Position numbers and translations under genes: made by a program
Shown here: piece after piece, positions 44,175 through 57,547 of the stretch
Numbering within the stretch: the stretch's first letter is position 1
Layout of the letters: every line of letters begins with the position of its first letter
DNA from: Octopus vulgaris
Lineage: Eukaryota
NCBI GenBank assembly: GCA_951406725.2
Contig: OX597830.1
Coordinates: forward strand, 65,100,001-65,164,000
Length of the DNA: 64,000 nt
Direction of reading: 5' to 3'
Notes under the pieces: model-generated
Seen by the model: the letters and a program-made list of their open reading frames with translations, nothing else
Told to the model about the DNA's origin: nothing
The model's database searches: none

Positions 44175-44260
44175 CCGTTCGTCGGATAAACTGTCCGACG
44201 AATAGAAACATGAAACTCTGATTAACAGGTTTTGTGGTATTTTCACAGCTTTATTAATAA
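44175..44260 (+). mobile_element. Family G hammerhead element with short upstream inverted copy
   Basis: actgt CCGACGA atagaaacat GAAA ctctgat TA acagg at 44190-44229; ttcgtcgga inverted just upstream. Confidence 0.55.
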
Positions 44261-44274
44261 CGTATGTGTGTGTG

Positions 44275-44324
<50 letters not shown>

Positions 44325-44377
44325 TGTGTTTGTGTGAGTGTGTGTTGTTACAATGTTTCGGTCATAAGACCTCAGAT

Positions 44378-44752
44378 GTAAAACAAACAATGAGATCGAA
44401 GATGTGAAGTAGATAATGGGCGCATTTGCCATATTTCGGGAGTCCCCCCCCCCTTCATTAGCACCCGTCTAACTCCTTAATCATCCACGAACTGATTGCT
44501 TAAATTGCCGCTAAATACAGCAGTGTAACCTTACTGGATATACCGCGAACCTACAAGTCATCAAAGTTTACACACCAGTTTCCAGGAATGTGTTTAATAT
44601 GTTTACACTGCTGTATTTAGTCGCTATTTAAGCAATGTGTTCGGAATTAATTATGGGGTAAGATGGGTGCTGATGAAGGGGCGAAAATTCCCGAAATATG
44701 ACATACACGCCCGTTACCCCCTTTTTCATTTCTGATCTCATTGTTTGTTTGA
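44378..44752. mobile_element. Inverted pair of hammerhead-bearing repeats
   Basis: Arms at about 44378-44530 and 44601-44752; + arm gggtg CTGATGA a ggg..ccc GAAA tatg-a-cata CA cgccc (44665-44712). Confidence 0.75.
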
Positions 44753-45311
44753 CGTCGTAACAAAAATCCGTGCTGGCAATAATTTCTACACAAGATCTGC
44801 AGAACTAACCTTAACAAGTGATGTAAAGCGCAATATACTTTTATAGTATATTATCGTTGCATAACGAAATACCGCTTCCCTACAAGGCCTAAACTGGCAT
44901 TATATAGCTATAGGATTAGAATTGATATCAATCATAAGGGCACACGAATGTGCCTGCCTGCTAGAGATGAGTTAAAACCCTCATTAAACCACCTGTAAGA
45001 ACACTGAAAATAATTACAAAATCAACAGTATTAAGGCGAACGGATCGAAGAAACTATTTCACATAGCTCACGATGCTATATGTATCTTAGTATTAGTATA
45101 CACGTGGACCGGTGTCTGGTTTGACATGGTAGTCTTACCTTCTTTAGAATGCATCAACTATTCCAAACATCAAATAGTTGTGACTTTTCACAAACATGTA
45201 TGTATGTATGTATTTATAATTTATAAACATGATGGAGGTGGATGCTGTGTCTGTGAGTATATACGTATATACGTATATAAATATGTGTGTATGTATATCT
45301 ACATATATATG

Positions 45312-45357
<46 letters not shown>

Positions 45358-45359
45358 AA

Positions 45360-45497
<138 letters not shown>

Positions 45498-45609
45498 GGA
45501 TGGATGGATGGATGGATGGACGCGTGCGTATCTATACACTCTCACACATTTATATATAGATCAGCAGACACTCGCAAACGCTTTGAATCTGTCTCCATAT
45601 ACACGAATA

Positions 45610-45648
<39 letters not shown>

Positions 45649-46362
45649 CTTTATTGCATATACGCAGGCGGTTTATCTAAAAGTCTTCAATTAATGGCAA
45701 AGTGAGTATAATCAATTTACAAGAAACAGTTAACAGACACAACTTTCATATCTATTCTTTTGGGGAATTTTCTAAACCTATCGTTATGCTTATGAAGCCA
45801 GCCTTTAAATTGGTTTGCGGCCATAGCTATACAAGCAATGCCATTTCAGTAAACATTTGATGTGACACTGGCTGCACATGGAACAGATTTCTTCAGGCTG
45901 TTTCTATTGATTGTGCACGCACTTTAAGAGAAACAATTGCTTCTCTGTGTTATATTAGCTACACTTTGATGGTTTAAATTCTAAATTTTTGTATCCATCT
46001 TCGTAGAATATACGATGTTGGCGATGCTCGTATGCGTATTGTTCCTTATTTTAAGTGAATTAGCATTGATAATATTCCTGTAAATATGGCCATGAGGGAA
46101 ATGTTTCTCCAACGGATTGAGAAATATTTTTTTCTGATTGCAATTGTTACATTTGTTCAAATGTTCGGTTATCTTTCGTTACACATCTGTGACATCTTCA
46201 GCGGCACTTTTCGTTTTCGTGTGTGTTCTTGCTCCGCTCGCTTCCTTTCCGGACAATGGACATGAGTTAAAATAAAATATTTAAGTACATGGAATACATA
46301 TACACGTATTAATATATGTATATGCGTGCATGTGCGTGTATGTAAGGGAGTGTGTATGAGTT

Positions 46363-46580
46363 AAGGCGGTGAGCTGGTAGAATCGTTACCACACCTGACA
46401 AAAAACTTAGCATTTCGTCCGCCGTTTTTACTTTCCGAGTTCAAATGACACCGGGGTTGACTTTGCATTTTATATTTTCGAGTTCGATTAATTAAGAACC
46501 AGTTGAACATCAGGGTCGATATAATTGACTGCTCCCCACCTCGCTTCCCCGAACATGCTTGCTTTGTGCTAAAATTTAAA
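46363..46580 (+). mobile_element. SINE family B, diverged
   Basis: aaggcggtgagctggtagaatcgtt..gagttcaaat. Confidence 0.7.
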
Positions 46581-46875
46581 ATCAACAGGGTGTATCTGTG
46601 AGTCTATGGAGTGGAGTGGAGTGGTGTGGGTGCTGGTGTAATCTAAGGGTCAATAAGTTCTTGGGAATACGGTCAGGTCAGTTAGAATAAAAATTTCAAG
46701 CTAGAAGTGTGAATGCTAATAAGTTCAATGACTCAGAGAAAATAAGCCAAAGCTCAGACAAGATCTACTTCGTTCCACCTGAAGGCATCGTCAGGCAAAA
46801 TCAACGTGACCTGATGTACGTGACGTCTTCAGCCTAAAACAGGTACATTTTGACGGACTTGCAATTATTATTCAT

Positions 46876-47130
46876 AGGTGCAGGGGTGGCTGTGTGGTAA
46901 GTAGCTTGCTTACCAACCACATGGTTCCAGGTTCAGTCTCACTGCGTGGCACCTTGGGCAAGTGTCTTCAACTATAGATTCGGCCCGACCAAATCTTTGT
47001 GAGTGGATTTGGTAGACGGAAACTGAAAGAAGCCCGTCGTATACATATATATATATATATAACGGGAAGCATTATGAAAATAGACAAAAGACGAAGGCAG
47101 GTGGAAAACAAACAAACAATTGTATTAGTA

Positions 47131-47165
<35 letters not shown>

Positions 47166-47378
47166 TATGTTTGTGTGTCTATATTTGTCCCCTCCCCACC
47201 GTCGCTTGACAACCAATGCTGGTGTGTTCACGTCCCCGTAACTTAGCGGTTCGGCAAAAGAGACAGATAGAATACGTACTAGGCTTACAAAGAATAAGTA
47301 TGGGGGCGATTTGTTCGACTAAAGGCGGTGATCCAGCATGGCCGCAGTCAAATGACTGAAACAAATAAAAGAATAAAA
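46876..47378 (+). mobile_element. SINE family A with nested insertion in its internal microsatellite
   Basis: Consensus match; 47061-47130 is the reverse complement of the tail at 5652-5721. Confidence 0.88.
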
Positions 47379-47849
47379 AAGAAAACGGAAAAATTAAACA
47401 AATACAAGCGCATGCGCACACAGACACAGCTGTATACATGCAGGATTTTTAACCATTTGAATATATTACAACTGTGTGGCAGTGTGATAAGAAATTTGCT
47501 TTTCAACCACATGGTACTGGGTTCAGATCCATTGCATGGTATCTTTAGTAAATATCTACTACTATAGCCCTGAGCCGACCAAAGCCTTGCGAGTGGATTT
47601 GGTAGACAGAAAACGAAGAAGCCCGTTGAATACATACATACATTCACAGACGCACACAAACATATGCTCTCTCTCTCTCTCTTTTTACTTGTTTCAGTCA
47701 TTTGACTGTGGCCATGTTGGGGGAGAAACACAGATACATAAACATATATACACACACACACATACATACATACATACATACATACATACATACATACATA
47801 CATACATACATACATACATACATACATACAGTTAAGCATTGTACGAAGC

Positions 47850-48045
47850 TTAACTGTTACTGGTGCTGTGATCGAATATGACATTTTTAGCCCAGCTTTG
47901 ATGCTGACATGCAATGTCTGTGCAAGAACCTGCCTCAGTAAAGCTGGACTCAAGAGTCATCTTCGTAGTCATAAAACGAGACAGATGAGTGACAACCTGG
48001 CCACAGGTGGTGGTGTAACACACCATACTAATCATATCTGTCGGA
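47850..48045 (+). pseudogene. Isolated C2H2 zinc finger fragment, probably the C-terminus of an RTE-type LINE
   Basis: 47910-47972 [21 protein letters not shown] (C-x2-C-x12-H-x3-H), flanked by (CATA)n. Confidence 0.6.
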
Positions 48046-48101
48046 CATACATACATACATACATACATACATACATACATACATACATACATACACATAC
48101 G

Positions 48102-48175
<74 letters not shown>

Positions 48176-48179
48176 CATA

Positions 48180-48345
48180 TATACGACGGGATCCTTTCAG
48201 TTTCCGTCTACCAAATCCACTCTCAAGGCTTTGGTTTTTGTTGGCCCGAGGCTATAGTGGAAGACACTTGCTACGCAGTGGGACTGAACCCAGAACCATG
48301 TGGTTCGTAAACAAGATACTTACCACACAGCCACTCCTACGCCTA
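48180..48345 (-). mobile_element. SINE family A, 5' half
   Basis: Consensus match. Confidence 0.85.
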
Positions 48346-48748
48346 TTAATATATCTATATATGTATATGTGCGTTTGTGTATCTTTTTGTGTTTGAGTTT
48401 GCTTCTCCCCGTCGTTTGACTACCGGGTTTGGTTTATTTATGTCCCTAGAGCTTAGCGGTTTGGTAAAAGAAAGCCGATAGAATAAGAATCCGGCCTTAA
48501 AAGAAATAAATACTGAGATCGGTTCTTTCGAGTGAATCTTTTGAAGGCCGTGCTGCAGCATGGCCTCATCAAGTGATTGAAATAGTAAAGAATAAAGCGC
48601 CCCCAACGACATACACAAGCACACACACACACACATACACAAACATGTACATATACACAGAGACCCACGCACGCGTATGGAAACGCGCACACACGCTCGT
48701 GCGCACGCACACCCACACCCACACGCACACACACACACAGACACACAT

Positions 48749-48787
<39 letters not shown>

Positions 48788-48810
48788 CAGTACACATATA
48801 CACATATACA

Positions 48811-48854
<44 letters not shown>

Positions 48855-48872
48855 TACACATATACATATACA

Positions 48873-48913
<41 letters not shown>

Positions 48914-49368
48914 CGTGTTCTTGTGTGTATATATACATTATATATATATATGTATATATATGTTTATGTATATGTGTGTGTGTGTGTACATATACATACA
49001 TACATATAATGGGAAGGGCGCTTTATGTATACGAGTACTCACGTACTATTGTACATAGTAATAGGTAACACTATACCAGAGTAACACAGTGCCACTTCCG
49101 TTTACGGAAGAGTATTAGTTCCAGTTCGTACACATTTTGGAATCAACACCAAATTCCACTTCCTCGCGTTTAATTCTATTGAATTTCTATTTCCTAAATT
49201 CCAACCATTCGAATCCGTACGCACTTGAGTGCAGCAATTATTCAGGTCTTCAGGATTTAGTTTTAATATTTAACTGGAAGATGTTTTCGTTTAAACTCTT
49301 ATAAATCATTTGACTTAATGATCTTGTAACGTGGGAAAGTTAGTCCAGGTTATGATGTAAGATCTGAC

Positions 49369-49447
<79 letters not shown>

Positions 49448-49461
49448 ATATCTATATATCC

Positions 49462-49516
<55 letters not shown>

Positions 49517-49589
49517 CATCTTGAACATAATCCTATGAACCCAGAAATTGAAAACAGAGGGTTACCCACTTGCAAACAAATGTGGTAAC

Positions 49590-49986
49590 ATATAACAATA
49601 TTGACCAAGGTTACCGTGGTCTTTTTCGTAGGCTTTTCTTCCCACGGATAAACCTTACTTGCTTTCCCCTTTACACCATATATCATAACACTGTGATACA
49701 CGATCCCTATTGATCGTTTTTTTTCCTCTTCCCCTTTTTTTCCCCCTTTTTCCTTCTTTTTTCATTTCTCTTTTCTTTTGTTCCTTTTCCTTTTCTTTTT
49801 TTTCTTTTTCTATTTTCTTTTTTCTTTTTTTTTTCTTCCCTTTTACGATCCCTCTTGATCGAAAACCTACGCCACACCTTTTTTTTGTTTCTTTTGTTTT
49901 TTGTTCTTTTTTCATCCCCCAAAAGAAAAGCTCTACCTTGTAACTTGTCCCATCTGTGTGCAGCTCTGTGTGGCCAATAAAGAAAC
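49590..49986 (+). mobile_element. Probable LINE 3' UTR with pyrimidine tracts and AATAAA
   Basis: Ends ttgtcccatctgtgtgcagctctgtgtggccaataaagaaa; repeated cgatccct.ttgatcg hairpins. Confidence 0.5.
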
Positions 49987-50026
49987 TTCTATCTATCAAT
50001 CCATCCATCTATCTATATATCTGTCC

Positions 50027-50123
<97 letters not shown>

Positions 50124-50999
50124 CAACTGCGTTCTTTAAACATTATCTACAAACCGTCTTGTTTTTTTTTCAGCTTGAAAAATGTCGAAATGAATTAATA
50201 TTTCGATCAAAAAGCCCTGTCACAATTTTCGCATTCATTCATACTCACTCTACAAACACTTTCCTAACGCTACACACACCCAAGCATTTAATGGAAGTGG
50301 TAAAACATCGCTGAAATGATTATGGTATTTGCGAACAACTCTACGCGTTCTGAATGCAATTCTCACTAGACCCACCGAAAGTACAAACAAGACCGTTTGT
50401 GGGGATTAGTATAATCTATCGTTCCCTGAACACGGAATTAACCCTTCGGAGGAATTTGCAGCATGAGTGACAACTACTAGTAATCAAAGAAGTTAATATT
50501 AATCGATGCTGTTAGCCGCAATCTGGAACATACTTGAGAGCTTCCACGATATTCGCCTAGATAACATATCCCTCTAAACTTTTATATGTACATATATACA
50601 CATATAAAATGTAATTAAGTTTCAGCTGAATTAGGTAATTAAATTGAGACACCTTGCTAGTTCGGTATAGTCCACGCACCTTAAAAATATCTGAATATTG
50701 AATATCAAAACTTCGTGTAAGGTGTGTTTCTACATAATATTCCTGTCGTGTGTGCAGATAACGCAACCCAGCTAAGTAAAGATATTTGCTCTTAGTAATT
50801 CAGATATGTACTTTTCATATAAGGGTACTTTCTATACTATTTCCGAAATGCAGATAATAGTTTATCCTTTACGTATGATGCTTATGCAGTCATCTGTGGA
50901 GTGTTTTTTTCTTTCAAAATAACGTAATGTTCGCATTAATGAATTAAATGAAGCCGTTTGAAACGGCCGTAATGAATTGACATCTTTGTCATATTCATA

Positions 51000-51003
51000 T
51001 TAC

Positions 51004-51063
<60 letters not shown>

Positions 51064-51602
51064 GTATATATTAATAGATGCATGCGTACATACATACATA
51101 CATACATGCATACATACTTACTTACATACATACACACATACATACATACACGCATACATACATACATACATACTTACATACATACATGCATAAATACATA
51201 CATACACACATACATACACACACACATACATACATACATACATACATACATACATACATACATACACACATACATACATACACGCATACATACATACATA
51301 CATACATACACACATACATACATACATACATACATACATACATACATACATACATACATACGTACATACATACATACATACATACATACATACATACATA
51401 CATACATACATACATACATACATACATACATACATACATACATACATACACACATACATACATACATACATACATACATACATACATACATACATACATA
51501 CACACATACATACATACACATACATACATACATACATACATACATACATACATACATACATACATACATACATACATACATACATACATACATACATACA
51601 TA
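51000..51602. repeat. (TA)n + (CATA)n microsatellite
   Basis: Direct reading. Confidence 0.95.
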
Positions 51603-52291
51603 CTGGTTGACTCAGAAATAATACACGACGCTCTTTTCTAACTTGTGCTAAAACGTATTTTGATCATAAATTTCCAGCGCTCTTTCCCTCGTGTCCAACA
51701 AATATGTCTGCCGTTCATGAACTCGAGTGTTTTGTGTCTGACTAAAGTACGGAGAATTATACGTATAGATACGTACATCCTTACGTTCTTGCTCACATAT
51801 CTGTATTTATATGCAACAACACATTCGCTTACGCACACATACACGCATGCGCACACACTCATACATACACATATGCATGTATATATGTATGTATGTGCGT
51901 GTATGTACAAGGGGGGGGGCAAACAGACCAAGAGAAAGTAACAGAAATGCTTATATACATATATACATACATACATATATACATATATATATATACACAT
52001 ACACTCTTAAATGGATGTATATATATATATATATATATATACGTATGTTTGTATATGTGTACGTGTGTGTGTGTGTGTGTGTGTGTGTGTCTGTGTGTAT
52101 GTGTGTGTGTGTGCGAGTATGTGCGTGTGCGTGTAGATATACTGATAAATATACTGATGCTTCGGTCTTGTTCACACGAAATTAATTAAACTTCGAAATT
52201 AATTATAAATGAGTTTGTTAATTACGTTGAGTTAAATCAGTACGATATTTGGTATATTGGTCATATTCACAGAACAGATATATTCTCTTAT

Positions 52292-52332
<41 letters not shown>

Positions 52333-52435
52333 GAAGTGCATTTACATAAAACAGTCTCAAAAATTTCTCTCCATATAACACACACACACATACATACACA
52401 CACACAAACACACACACAAAGACGCACACTCATAA

Positions 52436-52511
52436 TTATATTCACTTACTTTGTTTTGAATGATTATAAACCATGGTTTATAATCATTCAAAACAAAGTA
52501 AGCGAATATAA
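52436..52511. repeat. Spacerless DNA palindrome centred on CCATGG
   Basis: Perfect 29-bp arms over 52445-52502; 38-bp arms with one mismatch. Confidence 0.93.
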
Positions 52512-52552
52512 ATATATATGTGTATGCGTGTGTGCGCCCGTTTGTATATACA

Positions 52553-52878
52553 TGCGTGAAGGTGCGTGGCTTAGTGGCTAGGGCATTCAGCTCACAATCG
52601 TAAGGTTGTGAGTTCAATTCCCAGCGACGCGTTGTGTCCTTGAGGAAGACACTTTATTTCACGTTACTCCAGTCCATTCAGCTGGCAAACATAAGTAGTA
52701 CCTGTATTTCAAAGGGCCAGCCTTGTCAAAGTCTCTGTCACGCTCAATCTCCCTGAGAACTACGTTAAGGGTTCACGTGTCTGTGGAACACTCAGCCACT
52801 TGCACACGTTAATTTGACGAGCAAACTGTTTCGTTGATCGTATCAGCTGGCACCCTCGTCGTCGTAACCGACGGAGTG

Positions 52879-52881
<3 letters not shown>
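52553..52881 (+). mobile_element. SINE family C, full length
   Basis: A box tggcttagtgg, B box gagttcaattccc, tail cgtcgtaaccgacggagtg. Confidence 0.9.
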
Positions 52882-52934
<53 letters not shown>

Positions 52935-53058
52935 GAACAATCATACTTAGAAATGGATGTGTGCGTTCAATCATATGATAAATTAATAAATAAATAAAAC
53001 ATATGCATATATACATACATGTATGTACGTACCTACCTCTACATGTATATATACATGC

Positions 53059-53099
<41 letters not shown>

Positions 53100-53175
53100 T
53101 AGATATATTGATAGATAGATAGATACATACATACATACATACATACATACATACATACATACATACATACATACA

Positions 53176-53206
<31 letters not shown>

Positions 53207-53426
53207 TATATTCCTGGCGTTATATTATTGTGTATTTGTGCACATGTATCTGCAAGACGGCCAAATTAATGTAAGAGAATTCTCAACTAATTGGTGGTTA
53301 GATTGCTGCTATATCAACGCGTACACCTAATCGGTCATTTCAGCGGTCGACTGTTCTCAGCAGGGACTCAAACGATTGACAGCCATTCAGCTGTTCCACG
53401 GTTTACACTAAACAGCTCAGTCAACT

Positions 53427-53584
53427 GGCCTTGTCACACTCTCAGTCACGCTCAATCTCCCTGAGAACTACGTTAAGGGTTCACGTGTCTGTGGAACGCT
53501 CAGCCACTTGCACGTTAATTTCATGAGCAAACTGTTTCGTTGATCGTATCAGCTGGTACCCTCGTCGTTGTAACCGACGGAGTG

Positions 53585-53588
<4 letters not shown>
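53427..53588 (+). mobile_element. SINE family C 3' fragment
   Basis: Near-identical to 52720-52881. Confidence 0.88.
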
Positions 53589-53640
<52 letters not shown>

Positions 53641-53646
53641 ATACAT

Positions 53647-53697
<51 letters not shown>

Positions 53698-53965
53698 ATG
53701 TATGTATGTATGTATGTATGTGTGTGTGTGTATACATAATATATATCTGTATATATATATAAATGTATATATAACATATGAATAGTGTGTGTATAGCAGC
53801 TTTTACAAATTCATTACTTCAACATATGTTGTGGACTATTGGCCTCTTCAATAGGCATGGTATGATTTGTTATAAATGTATTAACAGATTCAATAAGATT
53901 TAATTTTTTCAGTTTTCATATTTTTTAATTTTTCAGTTTCGTATGATTTGTTATAAAAATATTAT

Positions 53966-54367
53966 CAGGCGCAGGAGTGGCTGTGTGGTAAGTGGCTTGC
54001 TAACCAACCACATGGTTCCGGGTTCAGTCCCATTGCGCGTTACCTTGGGCAAGTATCTTCTGCTATAGCCCCGGGCCGACCAATTCCTTGTGAGTGGATT
54101 TGGTAGACGGAAACTGAAAGAAGCCTGTCGTATATATGTATATGTATGTGTGTGTGTTTCTATGTCTGTGTTTGTCCCCCGTTAGCATTGCTTGACAACC
54201 GATGCTGGTGTGTTTATGTCGTCGTCACTTAGCGGTTCGGCAAAAGAGACCGATAGAATATGTGCTGGGCTTACAAAGAATAAGTCCCGGGGTCGATTTG
54301 CTCGACTAAAGGCGGTGCTCCAGCATGGCCGCAGTCAAATGACTGAAACAAGTAAAAGAATAAAAGA
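53966..54367 (+). mobile_element. SINE family A, full length
   Basis: aggcgcaggagtggctgtgtggtaag...gaaacaagtaaaagaataaaag. Confidence 0.9.
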
Positions 54368-54695
54368 AAAGAAAAGATTCAATAAAATGTTTAATCTTTT
54401 CACTATTCATGTTTATTAATGTTTATTTTTTATTTTTTGTTTTATTGAGGGTTAAACATTTTTTTTTTAGTTGGGGAAGATAACCCAATTTTTCTTTTAA
54501 TGGGGGTGAGATAACGATAAACTACCAAGACGCCTTCTCATCATGCAGTTTGTCTCCAGCAATGGTGAAAATTTCATGGTCGATTATACATTTCTTCGTT
54601 TTCTTTCCTATCAAAATGTTTATATGCACGTACGTATGTATATATGTGTATACGCATGTATACATGTATGTATTTATGTATGTTTATATTCTTTT

Positions 54696-55070
54696 CTACT
54701 CTTGGCACAAGGCCAGCAATTTTGGGCGAGGGAGCTATTCGATTAGTACGCATCTGGTACTTAATTTATCGACCCCGAAAGGATGAAAGTCGACCTCGGC
54801 GGAATTTGAACTCAGAACGTAGCGGCAGACGAAATACCTATTTCTTTACTACCCACAAGAGGCTAAACACAGAGGGGACAAATATGGACAGACAAGCGGA
54901 TTAAGTCGATTATATCGACCCCAGTGCGTAACTGGTACTTATTTAATCGACCCCGAAAGGATGAAAGGCAAAGTCGACCTCGGCGGAATTTGAACTCAGA
55001 ACGTAGCGGCAGACGAAATACTGCTAAGCATTTTGCCCGGTGTTCTAACGTGTCTGCCAGTTCACCACCT
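54696..55070 (-). mobile_element. Dimeric SINE family B (full unit with tail 1 + headless unit with tail 2)
   Basis: Core gtcgacctcggcggaatttgaactcagaacgtagcggcagacgaaatac occurs twice. Confidence 0.85.
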
Positions 55071-55283
55071 TATGTTTGTTTATGTTATGTAAGCATTGCA
55101 TGCATGCGTCTACGTATTGTAGGCGTGTATGTATGTAGGTATTGTATGTGTGTGTCTTATGTAAATATGCATTGGGGCATTTATTTGCGAACGTAGTGTG
55201 TGGCTCTAGGTATGTAGTAATCTAAATGCATTCGGATGCGTTAGTGAGTGTGCGCAACTGTGCATGCTTGTCCTTGGTGCAAC

Positions 55284-55389
<106 letters not shown>

Positions 55390-55399
55390 TTCTCTATCT

Positions 55400-55545
55400 G
55401 TTTATATTTCCTCGTGTTCCTTTCTGTAGAAGAGCGTAGGCTCGAAACATAAAAGACTTTCTCACCTTCCCGAGCGTTAAACTAATACATGTGCTTGTTG
55501 TTTACACACCTGCCTTCGTCTTTTGCTTTTTTGCAAATTCCAACT
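55400..55545 (+). mobile_element. Short TA-associated element with degenerate hammerhead fold
   Basis: ccttt CTGTAGA a gagc-gtag-gctc GAAA CA TA aaaga at 55419-55456. Confidence 0.55.
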
Positions 55546-55550
55546 ACATA

Positions 55551-55602
<52 letters not shown>

Positions 55603-55699
55603 CATACATATATATACACATACATATATATATATATATATGTATATATATACATAACTAATAGATATATTCGCTTAATTAGATAATACACAAACTAAC

Positions 55700-55741
<42 letters not shown>

Positions 55742-56328
55742 GATGTACTCAGACTTGTGTGAAGACTCAATGCACAGCTACGTAAAATATACCCACCCAC
55801 ATATATGTGTGTGTGTGTACGTACTTACATATATGTGTGTGATTATCTATATGCATATGTATACCTGTGTGTATGACCCTGTGTGTGTGTGTGTTCGCGC
55901 GCGCGCGCACGGTTATGTATGTATGTATGTTTCTACACCCTCTAATCTGGGAAACTTCACACTCCCTCTCCTATAAAAAGACCGCTTATATTTTATTGAT
56001 CAAATCATTTGTTCATATCAGATGACAGGAAGAGAAAACTGTAGCACTTACCATTAATATTCTCCACCTCCCACCCTCCTCACCATCCGCTTTTATAAGA
56101 TTACTTTGCGTATTGTGTTTCTTATTGTTTTTTGTAACAGTTGTTTCGTTGTTCTTGTTCTTTTTCCCACACCTTTTTTCATTGTCACCGTTGCCGCTGA
56201 CGCTGTCGCTGGCGCAGTTCCTGCTGCTGCTGCTGCCCCTGGTGTTGTCGTTGTTGTTAGCGATTTTCGTTTAAACGGTGTAAAGCATGAGTTTGAATAA
56301 TTTTATTTAATAGTATTATGCGTGTACA

Positions 56329-56560
56329 AGGCGGCGAGCTGGCAGAAAGGTTAGCACGCCGGACGAAATGCGTAGCCGTATTTCGTCTGCCGCTACGTTC
56401 CGAGTTCAAATTCCGCCCAGGTCGACTTTGCCTTTCATCCTTTCGGGGTCGATAAATGAAGTACCAGTTACGCACTGGTGTCGATGTAATCGACTCAATC
56501 CGTTTGTCTGTCCTTGTTTGTCCCCTCTTTGTTTAGCCCCTTGTGAGTAGTAAAGAAATA
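56329..56560 (+). mobile_element. SINE family B with about 14-bp target-site duplication
   Basis: agtattatgcgtgt 56312-56325 vs agtataatgcgtgt 56561-56574. Confidence 0.9.
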
Positions 56561-57260
56561 AGTATAATGCGTGTGAGTGTGTGTGCGTGCAAATATATAT
56601 CTCTTTAATCGAACAAATCAGCCCCAGGTTATTTTTTTTAATACCTGGTACTTATTTTATCGGTTACTTTTGCAGAAGCGTCAATTTACGGGGGACGTAG
56701 ACATACCAACACCGGTTGTCAAGCGATAGTGGGACAAACAAGAACACAACAAAACACACAAACAAACACACATACAAATACATTCATATATACACACACA
56801 TTCAAAGTTTAGGTAAAAATCATCAACTACTCTCCCTCTCTCTCTCTTTCTCCCTTCCCACACAAAAATGAAACTCATTTGGACGCCAAAAATTGGAAAG
56901 GGAACATGCTTTAGTTTTTCAAATCTATTCTGCAATCTGGATTATTAAATATAATATATTCCGTGATTTCAATAGGTAGGAAAAAGATATTTTGTTTTAA
57001 TAATATACTTTTACTTCGTTTCACACGCATATGCAAAAATTCTAACGTTATTTACTTTTTTTTTTTAGATGAATTCATCGTTTGTTATCTCTCCACACAC
57101 TTCGTTACCACTAACTTCTATAATCTCTGCATTTTCACTTACTCATTTCAAATTTCTTTGAAGTTTCAATCTAATGTAATCCACAGTCTCTCGAGAACGT
57201 ATTTTTGGAAATTGTTATCTAAAATTATGGGTAAAGAAAGAAATAGCAAAAAAATTTGAA

Positions 57261-57500
57261 AATGGGGGTGAAATTTCCGAGGGTTCCGTTTTCCGGACCC
57301 CAAAAAAGGGTTTTGTTGCATATTAGGAGGTCACTGGAATTTATTCAACGAGAAAAAAAATATTCAAATGATTCCGGGATATGGGGGTGAAGTCCGGTTT
57401 CTCCCCACCCCCTTTTTCCAAACAAAAATAAGGGGTTTGCAGCATATTAGGAGGTCAGTGTACTTGATTCCACGCAAAAAAAAATTTTATTAGCGAAAAT
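57261..57500. repeat. Two diverged about 120-bp tandem units
   Basis: atgggggtgaa...gggttt..gcatattaggaggtca repeated. Confidence 0.7.
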
Positions 57501-57547
57501 CGTGCAGGTGAAAGGATCAAATAATACAAAATTTCCTTTATACTTTT

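Noticed and set aside
45660-46300. Possible Tc1/mariner relic
   Set aside because: One weak peptide (LRRWIQKFR) and no matching TIR pair found
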